Part shown: piece by piece, positions 49,348-59,258 of the stretch
Layout: every line of letters starts with the position of its first letter
Numbering within the stretch: position 1 is the stretch's first letter
Source of the DNA: Rhodospirillaceae bacterium
GTDB lineage: Bacteria > Pseudomonadota > Alphaproteobacteria > UBA6615
DNA: 64,000 bases
Assembly: GCA_038132575.1 (NCBI GenBank)
Contig: JAYPRP010000004.1
Coordinates: forward strand, 5,748-69,747
Reading direction: 5' to 3'
Notes under the pieces: generated by a model
Told to the model about the DNA's origin: nothing
Database searches by the model: none
The model's input: only the letters and a program-made list of their open reading frames with translations
Program-made: the position numbers and the translations under genes

Positions 49348-49370
49348 ATGCCTGGGCCATGCCCGGGCAT
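49348..49370. terminator. GC-rich hairpin ATGCCTGGGC-cat-GCCCGGGCAT between convergent genes
   Basis: Near-identical to the hairpin at 15074-15096. It lies between the MaoC (+) and APH-kinase (-) 3' ends. Confidence 0.35.
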
Positions 49371-49382
49371 GACGAAACTGGC

Positions 49383-50459
49383 TTATCGCCCGTTCCCCTC
49401 CACCAGCCCCCAGGCGCGCACGGCGAGCTGGCGCGCGAGGTCGCGGCGCAGCAGCGCCTCGGGCGAGGACGCGTTTCCCTGCAGGCCCCGGAAATAGACG
49501 CCCTGGATGATGGCGGCGAGCCGGAACAGCGAGAGCACCAGGTAGAAGGTCCAGTTCTCGATCTCGCCGCGCCCGGTGTGCCGGCAGTAGGCGGCGACAT
49601 AGTCCTCCTCCGATGGAATGCCCGGGGTCGAGGGGTCGAGGCCGCGCATGTCGCCGAAGGATTCCTCGGGCCAGTGATAAGGCAGGCAGTTGTAGGCGAG
49701 GTCCGACAGCGGGTGGCCGAGGGTTGAGAGCTCCCAGTCGAGCACAGCGATCACCTTGGGTTCGTCATGGGCGACGATCAGGTTCTCGAGCCGGAAATCC
49801 CCGTGGACGATGGTGGTCTCGCTGTCGTCGGGCATGTTCTCGGGCAGCCAGACCATGAGCCGGTCCATCTCGGGAAGTTCGTCGGTCTTGGAGGCCTCAT
49901 ACTGCTTCGACCAGCGGGCGACCTGGCGGCCCATATAACCGCCAACGCGCCCATAGTTGCCGAGCCCGACGGCCTCGAAGTCCACCTGGTGTAGCGCGGC
50001 AAGGGTCGCGATCATGGACTCCGACACGGCCGCGCGTTCGCCTTCCGGCAGGCCGGGCATTGACGGGTCGTGGAAGACGCGCCCGTCGGCGTGCTCCATC
50101 AGGAAGAACTCGGTGCCGATGATCGCCGTGTCCTCGCACAGCGCGAGTGTGCGCACGACCGGGACGCCGGTGTCGGCCAGCGCGGAAGTGATGCGATGCT
50201 CCCGGTCGACTGCGTGGGCCGACGGCAGCAGCTCGCCCGGCGGCTTCTTGCGCAGGACATAGCGCCGCCCTCCCGCGTCGGTCAGCAGGAAGGTGGGGTT
50301 TGACATGCCGCCCTGGAACTGGGCGATCATAAGTGGACCTTCAAACCCGTAGATATTTTCCGACATCCAGGCGACGAGCACCATGTCGTCGAACCGGTGC
50401 TGCTCCAGGACGGACACCACCTGGTCGGTACGCGAAACGGTGCGAACGGCGGTACTCAT
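49383..50459 (-). CDS. phosphotransferase-family protein (APH/ChoK-like kinase; ACAD10/11 kinase-domain homologue)
   Basis: The ATG at 50459 follows GAGGTGA. A Brenner motif 'IVHGDFRLENLIV' and 'VLDWELSTLGHPLSDLA' are present. Confidence 0.8.
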   Translation of the reverse strand: MSTAVRTVSRTDQVVSVLEQHRFDDMVLVAWMSENIYGFEGPLMIAQFQGGMSNPTFLLTDAGGRRYVLRKKPPGELLPSAHAVDREHRITSALADTGVPVVRTLALCEDTAIIGTEFFLMEHADGRVFHDPSMPGLPEGERAAVSESMIATLAALHQVDFEAVGLGNYGRVGGYMGRQVARWSKQYEASKTDELPEMDRLMVWLPENMPDDSETTIVHGDFRLENLIVAHDEPKVIAVLDWELSTLGHPLSDLAYNCLPYHWPEESFGDMRGLDPSTPGIPSEEDYVAAYCRHTGRGEIENWTFYLVLSLFRLAAIIQGVYFRGLQGNASSPEALLRRDLARQLAVRAWGLVEGNGR

Positions 50460-50484
50460 TCGGTCACCTCAGATTCTTCCATTG

Positions 50485-50549
50485 CCTCATCCTGAGCTTG
50501 ACGAAGGATGAGTTGGGGAGTGTCTTCTCATACTTCGACAGGCTTAGCA
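50485..50549. repeat. REP-like intergenic repeat, copy 2 (same orientation as copy 1)
   Basis: 'CCTCATCCTGAGCTTGACGAAGGATGAG...CATACTTCGACAGGCTTAGCA' lies immediately upstream of the APH gene start. Confidence 0.6.
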
Positions 50550-50558
50550 TGAGGAGTC

Positions 50559-51035
50559 TCATTTCTTCCCGATGGGCTCGGGGAAGAGCAGGCGCACGGT
50601 CTGGGCGATGGCCGCCGGGCGGTCGCTGCCCTCGAGTTCGATGATGCTGTCGAGAATAAGGTGTACGCTGCCGTCCGGGCGTTTTTCGGCGCTCGCGAGG
50701 GACTGGCGCAGCCGGACCCGTGAATTCACGGGCACCATGGCCGTGAACCGCACCTTGTTGAGCCCGTAGTTGATGGTGTGGGCGAGATTATCGACCACGA
50801 AGAACGGATAGCTCAGCCCGGGAATCAGGGACAGGACAAGGAAGCCGTGGGCGATGGTTGTGCCGGTCGGCATTTCGCTCGCGGCGCGTTCCGGATCGAC
50901 ATGCAGCCACTGGTGGTCGTTCGTGACGTCGGCGAAGGCGTCGATCTGTGCCTGGTCGATGGTGACCCAGTCGCTGACGCCGAGTTCCTGGCCCACCTTG
51001 TCGAGGAACTCGTCGGGATGCCCGTAGTGAGACAA
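50559..51035 (-). CDS. MaoC-like enoyl-CoA hydratase (paralogue of 48789-49262, inverted)
   Basis: 158 aa, about 70% identical to the upstream MaoC ('DAFADVTNDHQWLHVDPERAASEMPTGTTIAHGFL'). Confidence 0.75.
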   Translation of the reverse strand: MSHYGHPDEFLDKVGQELGVSDWVTIDQAQIDAFADVTNDHQWLHVDPERAASEMPTGTTIAHGFLVLSLIPGLSYPFFVVDNLAHTINYGLNKVRFTAMVPVNSRVRLRQSLASAEKRPDGSVHLILDSIIELEGSDRPAAIAQTVRLLFPEPIGKK

Positions 51036-51164
51036 TTTCCGTACTCCGTTTGACCGTCCAATTGACCGGTGGTTCGGCGCTGCGCATCATGGCCGCGCGT
51101 GGCCGGTATTCTAGAGCCACGCGAGCGGTTTTGCATATGTGGGGACGACCCCCCGGGGGCGGAG

Positions 51165-53258
51165 ATGAGCGATATCGTCGGCTATGAGATTGAGGGGCGG
51201 GTGGCCGTCCTGGCGATCGACAACCCACCGGTCAACGCGCTGGGGCATGCGGTGCGCGAGGGCATCGTCGCCCGGGCGGAGCAGGCGGCGGCCGACGATG
51301 GGGTGGACGCCATCTTATTGATCGGTGCGGGGCGGACCTTCCCTGCCGGTGCGGACATCCGCGAGTTCGACCAGCCCGCCCGCGAGCCGCACCTGGTGGC
51401 GGTGGTCGATCGCATGGATACGATCGAGAAGCCGATCGTCGCGGCGATTCACGGGACCGCGCTCGGCGGCGGGCTCGAGCTGGCGCTCGGCTGTCATTTC
51501 CGGGTCGCGTCGCCCGATGCGCGGGTCGGCCTTCCCGAGGTGAATCTCGGCATTTTCCCGGGTGCCGCGGGGACCCAGCGTCTGCCGCGGGTGGCGGGGC
51601 TCGACCACGCACTCGAGATGATCGTGTTGGGCAAACCTATCGGCGCGGCGACGGCCCACGACTACGGGATCGTGGACGAGATCATCGAGGGCGATCTGCG
51701 GGCCGGCGCGGTCGCCTTCGCCGAGAAGATCGTCGCGGACGGCACGCCCCGCCGGGTCTCCAGCGAGCCGCAGGACGGGATCGGCACGCCCGAGGAGCAT
51801 GCGGAGACCATCGACAGGTATCGCGACCTATCCAACCGGCGCTTCCGGGGTCAGGACTCGCCCCACCAGGCGATCGAGAGCGTCGTGGACGGACTGCGGA
51901 TGCCCTACCCGGACGCGGTGGCGGCCGACCGCAAGCGTTTCGAGGCGTGCAAGACCAGTACCCAGTCGGCGGCGCTGCGCTATGCGTTCTTCGCCGAGCG
52001 TGCGGCGGCGAAAATCCCCGATATCGGCAAGGAGGTCGCCCCGCGCGATATCGGTTCGGCGGGCGTGATCGGCGCCGGCACCATGGGTCGCGGGATCGCC
52101 ATCAGCCTCGCGGATGCCGGCCTGCCCGTGACCGTCGTGGAGACGGGGCAGGAGGCGCTGGATGCCGGTATGGCCGAGCTCGCGAAGCTCTACGAGGCGA
52201 TGGTCGCGCGCGGGCGGATCGACGCCGCGACGAAGGACGAGCGGCTGGCCCGCATCACGGGCGCGGTCGATTACGGGGCACTGGGAGATGCGGACCTGGT
52301 GATCGAGGCCGCGTTCGAGGACCTGGAGGTCAAGAAGGATATCTTCCGGGCGCTCGACGGCGTTGCGAAGCCCGGCGCGGTTCTCGCCACCAACACCTCC
52401 TACATGGACATCGACGCGATCGCAGACGCCACGTCCCGGCCGGAAGACGTCATCGGCCTGCACTACTTCGTGCCCGCGAACGTCATGCGGCTTCTCGAGG
52501 TGGTGCGCGGTGCCGCGAGCGCGCCGGATGCGATCATGACGGGCTTGGCGCTCGCCAAGCGAACCGGCAAGATCGGTGTTGTGGCGGGTGTGTGCCACGG
52601 CTTCATCGCCAACCGCTCACGCCTGCCGCTCGTGCGTGAGGCGACCTTCCTGATTGAGGAGGGGGCGACGCCGGCGCAGGTGGACAAGGTCCTGACCGAC
52701 CTCGGGATGCCGCTCGGGCCGCTCGCGGTGAGCGACATGTCGGGGCTGGATGTGAGCTGGCGGATGCGCCAGTCGCTGGCCCACGAGCGCGATCCCGAGG
52801 CCCGTTACATGCATCTGGCCGACCGGATGTGCGAGTTGGGTCGCTTTGGCATCAAGGCCGGCCGGGGCTGGTACGCCTACGAGGACGGCGGGCGCCGTCC
52901 CCAGCCGGACGAGGAGGTCGAGGCCATCGCGGCGGCAGTGGCCGTGGAGCAGGGCATTGCCCGACGCGAGATCTCCGACGATGAGATCCGCGCGCGCTGC
53001 CTCTACGCGGCGATCAACGAGGGCGCCAAGATTCTGGATGAGGGGATCGCGGCGCGCGCGAGCGACATCGACATGATGTGGCTCTACGGGTTCGGATTCC
53101 CGCGGTGGCGCGGCGGCATCATGTTCATGGCGGATCAGATCGGTCTCCCCGAGATTCTCGGGCAGGTGCGGGCGTTCGTGGCGGCACATGGCAAGCTCTG
53201 GGCCCCGTCGCCGCTGCTTGAACGGCTCGCGGCCGAGGGTGGCAGCTTCACTCGCTAG
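51165..53258 (+). CDS. fused enoyl-CoA hydratase / 3-hydroxyacyl-CoA dehydrogenase (second FadJ-like paralogue)
   Basis: The ATG at 51165 follows GGGGGCGGAG. 'AIDNPPVNAL', 'AAIHGTALGGGLELALGCHFRVA' and 'GVIGAGTMGRGIAISL' are present; about 55% identical to the 41459 gene. Confidence 0.8.
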   Translation: MSDIVGYEIEGRVAVLAIDNPPVNALGHAVREGIVARAEQAAADDGVDAILLIGAGRTFPAGADIREFDQPAREPHLVAVVDRMDTIEKPIVAAIHGTALGGGLELALGCHFRVASPDARVGLPEVNLGIFPGAAGTQRLPRVAGLDHALEMIVLGKPIGAATAHDYGIVDEIIEGDLRAGAVAFAEKIVADGTPRRVSSEPQDGIGTPEEHAETIDRYRDLSNRRFRGQDSPHQAIESVVDGLRMPYPDAVAADRKRFEACKTSTQSAALRYAFFAERAAAKIPDIGKEVAPRDIGSAGVIGAGTMGRGIAISLADAGLPVTVVETGQEALDAGMAELAKLYEAMVARGRIDAATKDERLARITGAVDYGALGDADLVIEAAFEDLEVKKDIFRALDGVAKPGAVLATNTSYMDIDAIADATSRPEDVIGLHYFVPANVMRLLEVVRGAASAPDAIMTGLALAKRTGKIGVVAGVCHGFIANRSRLPLVREATFLIEEGATPAQVDKVLTDLGMPLGPLAVSDMSGLDVSWRMRQSLAHERDPEARYMHLADRMCELGRFGIKAGRGWYAYEDGGRRPQPDEEVEAIAAAVAVEQGIARREISDDEIRARCLYAAINEGAKILDEGIAARASDIDMMWLYGFGFPRWRGGIMFMADQIGLPEILGQVRAFVAAHGKLWAPSPLLERLAAEGGSFTR

Positions 53259-53379
53259 CCGGCATCCCCTGCTGTCATGCCGTGATTTCAGGCTCCCTCG
53301 AAAGGCGGACGCGCTCGGTACTTTTCAATGTCTTGGCGATATGGTCCCATAGGGCGAATCACTCAGGGAGGAGCTGAAA

Positions 53380-54552
53380 ATGCTTAAGAAAATGCTTGGA
53401 ATGGCTGCGGTCCTGACGCTCATGGCGTCGCCCGCTGTCGCGGACATCAAGATCGGGTTCATCACCACGCTAACAACGCCGGTGGCGGTGATCGGCAAGG
53501 ACATGCGCGACGCGGTCGAACTGGCGATGGAGCATATCGGCGGCAAGATGGCCGGCGAGGATGTCGAGATCGTCTACGCCGACGACGAGTTCAACTCGCA
53601 GAAGGGCAAGCAGGCGACCGAGCGCCTAGTGCTGCGCGATGACGTTGACATCGTCGCCGGCTATATCTGGTCGAACGTGCTGCTCGCCTCCGCACCGGTC
53701 GTGCTCAACGCGAACAAGATCCTGATCAGCGCCAACGCGGGCCCGTCCCCGCTGGCCGGCGCCCAGTGCAACGCGAACTTCTTCAACATCGCCTGGCAGA
53801 ACGACCAGACGCCGATGGCGCTGGGCGAGCTGCTCAACCAGCAGGGCGTCAAGTCGCTCTACCTGGTCGCGCCGAACTATGCCGCGGGCCAGAACATGGT
53901 CGCGGGCGTCGAGCGCACCTTCAAGGGCAAGGTCGTCGGCAAGGACATGACGGTCTGGCCGTCCCAGCGGGACTGGTCGGCCGAGCTGTCCAAGGTCAAG
54001 GCGGCGAAGCCCGACGGGGTCTTCACCTTCTACCCGGGCCCGGCCGGACCGGCCTTCATCAAGCAGTACCAGCAGGCCGGCCTCGAGGGAGAGGTGCCGC
54101 TCTACTCGGTCTACACGCTCGACTCGATCAGCCTGCCGCTGTTCCAGAAGGCGGGCATGGAGACGGTGCTCGGCACCAAGATGACCCAGTTCTGGGCGCC
54201 CGATCTCGACAATGCCGCGAACAAGAAGTTCGTCGCGGACTTCCGTAAGAAGTACGGCCGCTATCCGTCCTTCTATGCCGCGCAGAGCTATGACGCGATC
54301 ATGTTCATTAAGTCGGGTGTCGAGGCGGTCAGCGGCGACATCGATAACATCGACGGCATGCGAGCCGCGCTCAAGAAGGCGGACTTCGATTCGATCCGGG
54401 GCGACTTCAGCTTCGGCAACAATCACTTCCCGATCCAGAACTTCTACGAGCGCACCGTGGTCAAGGATGCCGACGGCAACTGGACCACGGCCGTGGGCCG
54501 GGCTGTGCTGAAGGATCACCAGGATCCGTATGCCAGCCAGTGCAAGATGTAG
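53380..54552 (+). CDS. ABC transporter substrate-binding protein, HAAT (Leu/Ile/Val-binding, LivK-like) family
   Basis: A signal peptide 'MLKKMLGMAAVLTLMASPAVA' and a type-I periplasmic binding fold ('IKIGFITTLTTPVAVIGKD') are present. Confidence 0.8.
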   Translation: MLKKMLGMAAVLTLMASPAVADIKIGFITTLTTPVAVIGKDMRDAVELAMEHIGGKMAGEDVEIVYADDEFNSQKGKQATERLVLRDDVDIVAGYIWSNVLLASAPVVLNANKILISANAGPSPLAGAQCNANFFNIAWQNDQTPMALGELLNQQGVKSLYLVAPNYAAGQNMVAGVERTFKGKVVGKDMTVWPSQRDWSAELSKVKAAKPDGVFTFYPGPAGPAFIKQYQQAGLEGEVPLYSVYTLDSISLPLFQKAGMETVLGTKMTQFWAPDLDNAANKKFVADFRKKYGRYPSFYAAQSYDAIMFIKSGVEAVSGDIDNIDGMRAALKKADFDSIRGDFSFGNNHFPIQNFYERTVVKDADGNWTTAVGRAVLKDHQDPYASQCKM

Positions 54553-54577
54553 GCACGCTGCAATCCTGAACGTGTGA

Positions 54578-54622
54578 GCGGGGATGCCGGTGCATCCCCG
54601 CTTGCGTGTTTGCCCCTTTTTC
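54578..54622 (+). terminator. rho-independent terminator/attenuator after the binding-protein gene
   Basis: 'GCGGGGATGC-cggt-GCATCCCCGC' is a 10-bp perfect stem, followed by 'TTGCGTGTTTGCCCCTTTTTCTG'. Confidence 0.55.
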
Positions 54623-54645
54623 TGACGGACGACCGATAGCGCCCG

Positions 54646-55572
54646 ATGGACTACGTCCTCCTCACCGAACAGTTCCTGAACGGGTTCCAGCTCGGCATCA
54701 TCCTGTTCCTGATGGCGGCCGGGCTGACGCTCGTCTTCGGGATCATGGACCTGGTGAACCTGGCGCACGGGTCGATGTTCATGATCGGCGCTTTCGTGGG
54801 CGGCACCATCGCGGTGCTGACAGGCTCGTTCTGCGTCGGCGTTGTCCTGATGATCCCGGCCATGCTGATCATCGGCATGGTCGTCGAGATGACGACGCTC
54901 AGGACGCTCTACCCGCGCGATCACCTGGATCATGTGCTCGCCACCTTCGGCCTGATCCTGTTCTTCAACGAGGCCACACGTCTCATCTGGGGTCCCGAGG
55001 GACTGGTCGTGCCGCTGCCGCAGTTCCTCGACGGCACGGTCGCGCTGGGCGCCATCACCTATCCGGTGTACCGGATCGTCATTATCGTGATCGGACTCGC
55101 GGTGGCGCTCGGTCTCTACATCCTCGTCTCGCGCACCCGGATCGGCATGCTGATCCGCGCCGGTGCGTCCAACCGCACCATGGCCGGCGCGTTGGGCGTG
55201 AACATCCCGTTCCTGTTCTCGATCGTCTTCGGCATCGGCGCGGTGCTGGCGGGCCTGGCGGGACTCATCATCACCCCCATCACCCAGGCCCAGATCGGCA
55301 TGGGCGAGGATGTGCTGATCCTCGCCTTCGTGGTGATCGTGATCGGCGGCATCGGCTCGATCCGGGGCGCCTTCATCGCGTCCATCGTCACCGGCGTGAT
55401 CGACACCATGGGGCGCTCCTTCCTCGACGTGTTCCTGCTCCTGTTCCTGCCCGAGAACGCGGCCGAGTCTGCCGGCCCGGCGCTGTCGTCCATGCTCATC
55501 TACGTGCTGATGGCCGCGATCCTGTTCTTCCGGCCCCAGGGGCTGTTTCCGCCCAAGGGCGCGGGAGGCTAG
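54646..55572 (+). CDS. HAAT-family ABC transporter permease (LivH-like)
   Basis: 308 aa with 8-9 TM helices and the LivH-type motif 'DLVNLAHGSMFMIGAF'. Confidence 0.8.
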   Translation: MDYVLLTEQFLNGFQLGIILFLMAAGLTLVFGIMDLVNLAHGSMFMIGAFVGGTIAVLTGSFCVGVVLMIPAMLIIGMVVEMTTLRTLYPRDHLDHVLATFGLILFFNEATRLIWGPEGLVVPLPQFLDGTVALGAITYPVYRIVIIVIGLAVALGLYILVSRTRIGMLIRAGASNRTMAGALGVNIPFLFSIVFGIGAVLAGLAGLIITPITQAQIGMGEDVLILAFVVIVIGGIGSIRGAFIASIVTGVIDTMGRSFLDVFLLLFLPENAAESAGPALSSMLIYVLMAAILFFRPQGLFPPKGAGG

Positions 55573-55575
55573 CCG

Positions 55576-56529
55576 ATGATCGACCTGCGCAATCCCGCGA
55601 ACATCCTGTCGGCGGTCGTGATCGGCCTGTGCGCCGTGGTGCCGTTCCTGGCGCCGTCGCTGGGCGAGCCCTTCTACGTGATCGTCTTCGCCCGGATCAT
55701 GATCTGGGCGATCGCCGCGGTCAGCCTCAATATGATCATGGGCTACGGCGGCATGATCAGCTTCGGCCACGCGGTCTATCTCGGCATCGGCGGCTACACC
55801 ATCGGCATTCTGGCGTTCCACGGGGTCAACAGCGCGTGGATCCAGTGGCCGCTGGGGATCGGCATCTGCGCCGTGATCTCGCTGATCTTCGGCGCGATCA
55901 GCCTGCGCACGCGCGGCGTCTATTTCATCATGATCACGCTCGCGCTCGCCCAGATGATCTTCTTCCTGAGCGTGAGCGCCGAGCGCTACGGCAGCGACGA
56001 CGGCCTCAACATCCTGTCGCGCAGCGACTTCGGGCTCGGCTTTTTCAGCCTGAACGACAAGCTCACCATGTACTACACGATCTTCGCGTTCCTGCTGCTG
56101 AGCGTGTTCGTGAGCTGGCGACTCGTCCGTTCGCGCTTCGGCATGGTGATCCGGGCCGCCAGGTCCAACGACACGCGCGTGCTCGCCATCGGTGTTTCGA
56201 CCTACCGCTACCGCCTGACGGCCTTCGTCATCGCGGGCGTCATGTGCGGCATCGCCGGCATGCTGCAGGCGAACCTCGAGAACTTCGTCTCGCCCGACAT
56301 GATGAACTGGCCGCGCTCGGGTGAGCTCATCTTCATGGTGGTGCTCGGCGGCATGTCCACCCTGTTCGGGCCCGTGACGGGGGCCTTCGTCTTCCTGATG
56401 CTGTCGGAGATCCTCTCCACCTGGACGATTCACTGGCACATCATCTTCGGGCCCTTCCTGGTGCTGGTCGTGCTGTTCGCGCGCGGCGGCATCGCCGGCC
56501 TCCTCACCCCGCGGGCCGCTCGTGAGTAA
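55576..56529 (+). CDS. HAAT-family ABC transporter permease (LivM-like)
   Basis: 317-aa multi-TM protein with 'GYGGMISFGHAVYLGIGGYT'. Confidence 0.8.
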   Translation: MIDLRNPANILSAVVIGLCAVVPFLAPSLGEPFYVIVFARIMIWAIAAVSLNMIMGYGGMISFGHAVYLGIGGYTIGILAFHGVNSAWIQWPLGIGICAVISLIFGAISLRTRGVYFIMITLALAQMIFFLSVSAERYGSDDGLNILSRSDFGLGFFSLNDKLTMYYTIFAFLLLSVFVSWRLVRSRFGMVIRAARSNDTRVLAIGVSTYRYRLTAFVIAGVMCGIAGMLQANLENFVSPDMMNWPRSGELIFMVVLGGMSTLFGPVTGAFVFLMLSEILSTWTIHWHIIFGPFLVLVVLFARGGIAGLLTPRAARE

Positions 56530-57309
56530 CGGCTCCGCAAATCTCGCGCTCGAGGCGCGCACGCTCCGCAAGAGCTTCGGCGGGCTGACGGCGACGGACA
56601 ATCTGTCCCTCGAGGTTGCGACCGGCGAGATCCATGCGGTGATCGGGCCCAACGGCGCGGGCAAGACAACCCTGGTGCATCTGCTGTCCGGCATGCTCAG
56701 GCCCGACGCCGGCGACATCCTCTTTGAGGGGCGGGACATTACCCGGTTGTCGGCGCCGGCCCGGGTCAACCAGGGACTCGCCCGCTCGTTCCAGATCACC
56801 AGCATCTTCCGGGACTTCACGGTGCTGGAGAACGTCATGCTGTCGGTCCAGGCGGGGCAGGGGCACAGCTTCCGCTTCTGGGCGCCCGCCGCCGGCGACG
56901 AGAGCCTGCGCGGGCCCGCGCGCGAGTTCCTCGAGAAGGTGGGGCTCGGCGACCGGCTCGACGTGTTGGCCGGCAACCTCGCCCATGGCGAGCAGCGCCA
57001 GCTCGAGATCGCGATCTCGCTCGCAACCCATCCGCGCCTGCTGCTGCTCGACGAGCCCATGGCCGGCATGGGCCCGGAGGAGAGCCAGGGGATGATCGAC
57101 TTCCTGAAGGCGCTCAAGGGCGAGTACACGATGCTTTTGATCGAGCACGACATGGACGCGGTCTTCGCGCTCGCCGACCGGATCACCGTGCTGGTGTACG
57201 GCAGGGCCATCGCGACCGGCACGCCCGACGAGATTCGCGGCGACGCCGCGGTGCGCGCCGCCTATCTGGGGGACGATGCGGGTGATGGCACGGGCGAGGG
57301 GGCGGCCTG

Positions 57310-57310
<1 letters not shown>
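56522..57310 (+). CDS. ABC transporter ATP-binding protein (LivG-like)
   Basis: Walker A 'GPNGAGKTT' and signature 'LAHGEQRQLEIAISL' are present, and it starts at GTG 56522. Confidence 0.85.
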
Positions 57311-58020
<710 letters not shown>

Positions 58021-58026
58021 GACCTT

Positions 58027-58134
58027 CCATCCTCGTCCTGAGGAGGCCGGTTTCGAAGAAAGCGGCCCGCATCGAAGGACGTGCTGCCGCCATGCTTCGA
58101 GACGGCGCTCACGCGCCTCCTCAGCATGAGGAGG
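58027..58134. repeat. REP-like intergenic repeat, copy 3 (longer variant)
   Basis: '...TCCTGAGGAGG...CCATGCTTCGAGACGG...CCTCCTCAGCATGAGGAGG' shares the 'CATGCTTCGA(C/G)A(G/C)G...CTCAGCATGAGGAG' core with copies 1 and 2. It has terminal inverted arms CTGAGGAGG/CCTCCTCAG. Confidence 0.55.
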
Positions 58135-58163
58135 GTCTGGCAGGCCACATCAACAATCTCGTC

Positions 58164-58222
58164 ATGCGCGGACTTGATCCGCGCATCTCGAACCTCGGTG
58201 CGGGCGGGTTTGAAACCCGCCC
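58164..58222. terminator. two GC-rich hairpins downstream of the ABC operon
   Basis: 58164-58186 'ATGCGCGGA-cttga-TCCGCGCAT' is the reverse orientation of the hairpin at 15119 with a compensatory base-pair change. 58202-58222 is 'GGGCGGGT-ttgaa-ACCCGCCC'. Confidence 0.4.
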
Positions 58223-58289
58223 CTACGGGAAGTTTGCGCGGTTGTTGGGGCGGGTCTGTAATCCACCCGGGCATAACCGCTCTGCGGTT

Positions 58290-59240
58290 CTAACCCCCAA
58301 ATCCTTCCCGCAGACCGGCGGCGGCGAAGTCCAGCGCCTCGAAGGCGGCGTCCACATACCCGCCCATGCTGGGAAACAGGTGCGGGTAACCCTCCCAGTT
58401 TCTCTGCCGCACCGGTACGCCGGCCTCCTTCAGGCGCTCGCCATAGGCGATGCCCTCGTCACGCAGCGGGTCGTGGCTGGCGGTGATCACCGTCGCGGGC
58501 GGCAGGCCTGACAGGTCATTGGCCAGGAGCGGCGAGACACGCGGGTCGTGGCGCAGGGCGTCGTCGCCGTCGAGATAGTTCAGTCGCCAGCGCTCCTGCA
58601 TCCGCCGCGTCAGCACCGGGCCCTCGGCGTTCTCTTCATAGGACGGCGTGTCGAACAGCAGGCTCAGGATCGGGCATATCATCACCTGCGCGGCCAGCTT
58701 CGGACCGCCGTCGCGGAGTTGTTGGGACGTAACCGCCGTCAGGTTGCCGCCCGCGCTATCCCCCGCCACGGCGATTCGGGCCGGGTCGGCTCCGATCTCC
58801 GCGGCGTGATCATGCACCCAGCGCACGGCCCATTGGCAGTCTTCGGTGGCGGCGGGGAACTTGTGCTCTGGCGCGAGCCGGTACTCGACGGAGACGAAGA
58901 TCGCAAGCGCGGCGTTCGCCATGTAGCGGCACTGGGGCTCCACCGTGTCGTGGCTGCCGATTGTCCAGCCGCCGCCATGGAAATACACCACCACGGGAAG
59001 AGGCGTGCCGTCCTCTGCTTCGGGGTCGGGCGTGGTGATCGGCACATAGACCCGAAGCGGCACCGGGCCGCCCGGACCCATGGGGTAGAGGTCCATCACC
59101 CGGCGCAGCGGCGCCGGCACCTGGTTCAGCAGCGCCACCTTCTCGCGGAGGACGGCGCGCGCCTTGCCGGGCGGCAGGTCGGGAAAACTGACGCCGGCCA
59201 TCAGGCTGATGGCTTTCAGCACCTGGGGATGAAGGTCCAT
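58290..59240 (-). CDS. alpha/beta hydrolase, HSL/Aes-type esterase (fold-3)
   Basis: The oxyanion motif 'VVYFHGGGWTIGS', the nucleophile 'GDSAGGNL' and the C-terminal 'DPLRDEG' and 'HLF' are present. Confidence 0.7.
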   Translation of the reverse strand: MDLHPQVLKAISLMAGVSFPDLPPGKARAVLREKVALLNQVPAPLRRVMDLYPMGPGGPVPLRVYVPITTPDPEAEDGTPLPVVVYFHGGGWTIGSHDTVEPQCRYMANAALAIFVSVEYRLAPEHKFPAATEDCQWAVRWVHDHAAEIGADPARIAVAGDSAGGNLTAVTSQQLRDGGPKLAAQVMICPILSLLFDTPSYEENAEGPVLTRRMQERWRLNYLDGDDALRHDPRVSPLLANDLSGLPPATVITASHDPLRDEGIAYGERLKEAGVPVRQRNWEGYPHLFPSMGGYVDAAFEALDFAAAGLREGFGG

Positions 59241-59258
59241 GCTGCCCTCCGCTGTGGT

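Noticed and set aside
49238-49600. 120-aa minus-strand ORF '...LSLSKHEDAALSFDKLRMRAVSIQPEPSSG'
   Set aside because: Its C-terminal part is the translation of REP copy 1, and the rest is antisense to the APH-kinase 3' end.
53626-57222. 1198-aa minus-strand ORF spanning the whole liv-like ABC operon
   Set aside because: It is antisense to five well-supported ABC genes. Its translation is extreme low-complexity (Arg/Asp/His/Gly runs), typical of open antisense frames in 66% GC DNA.
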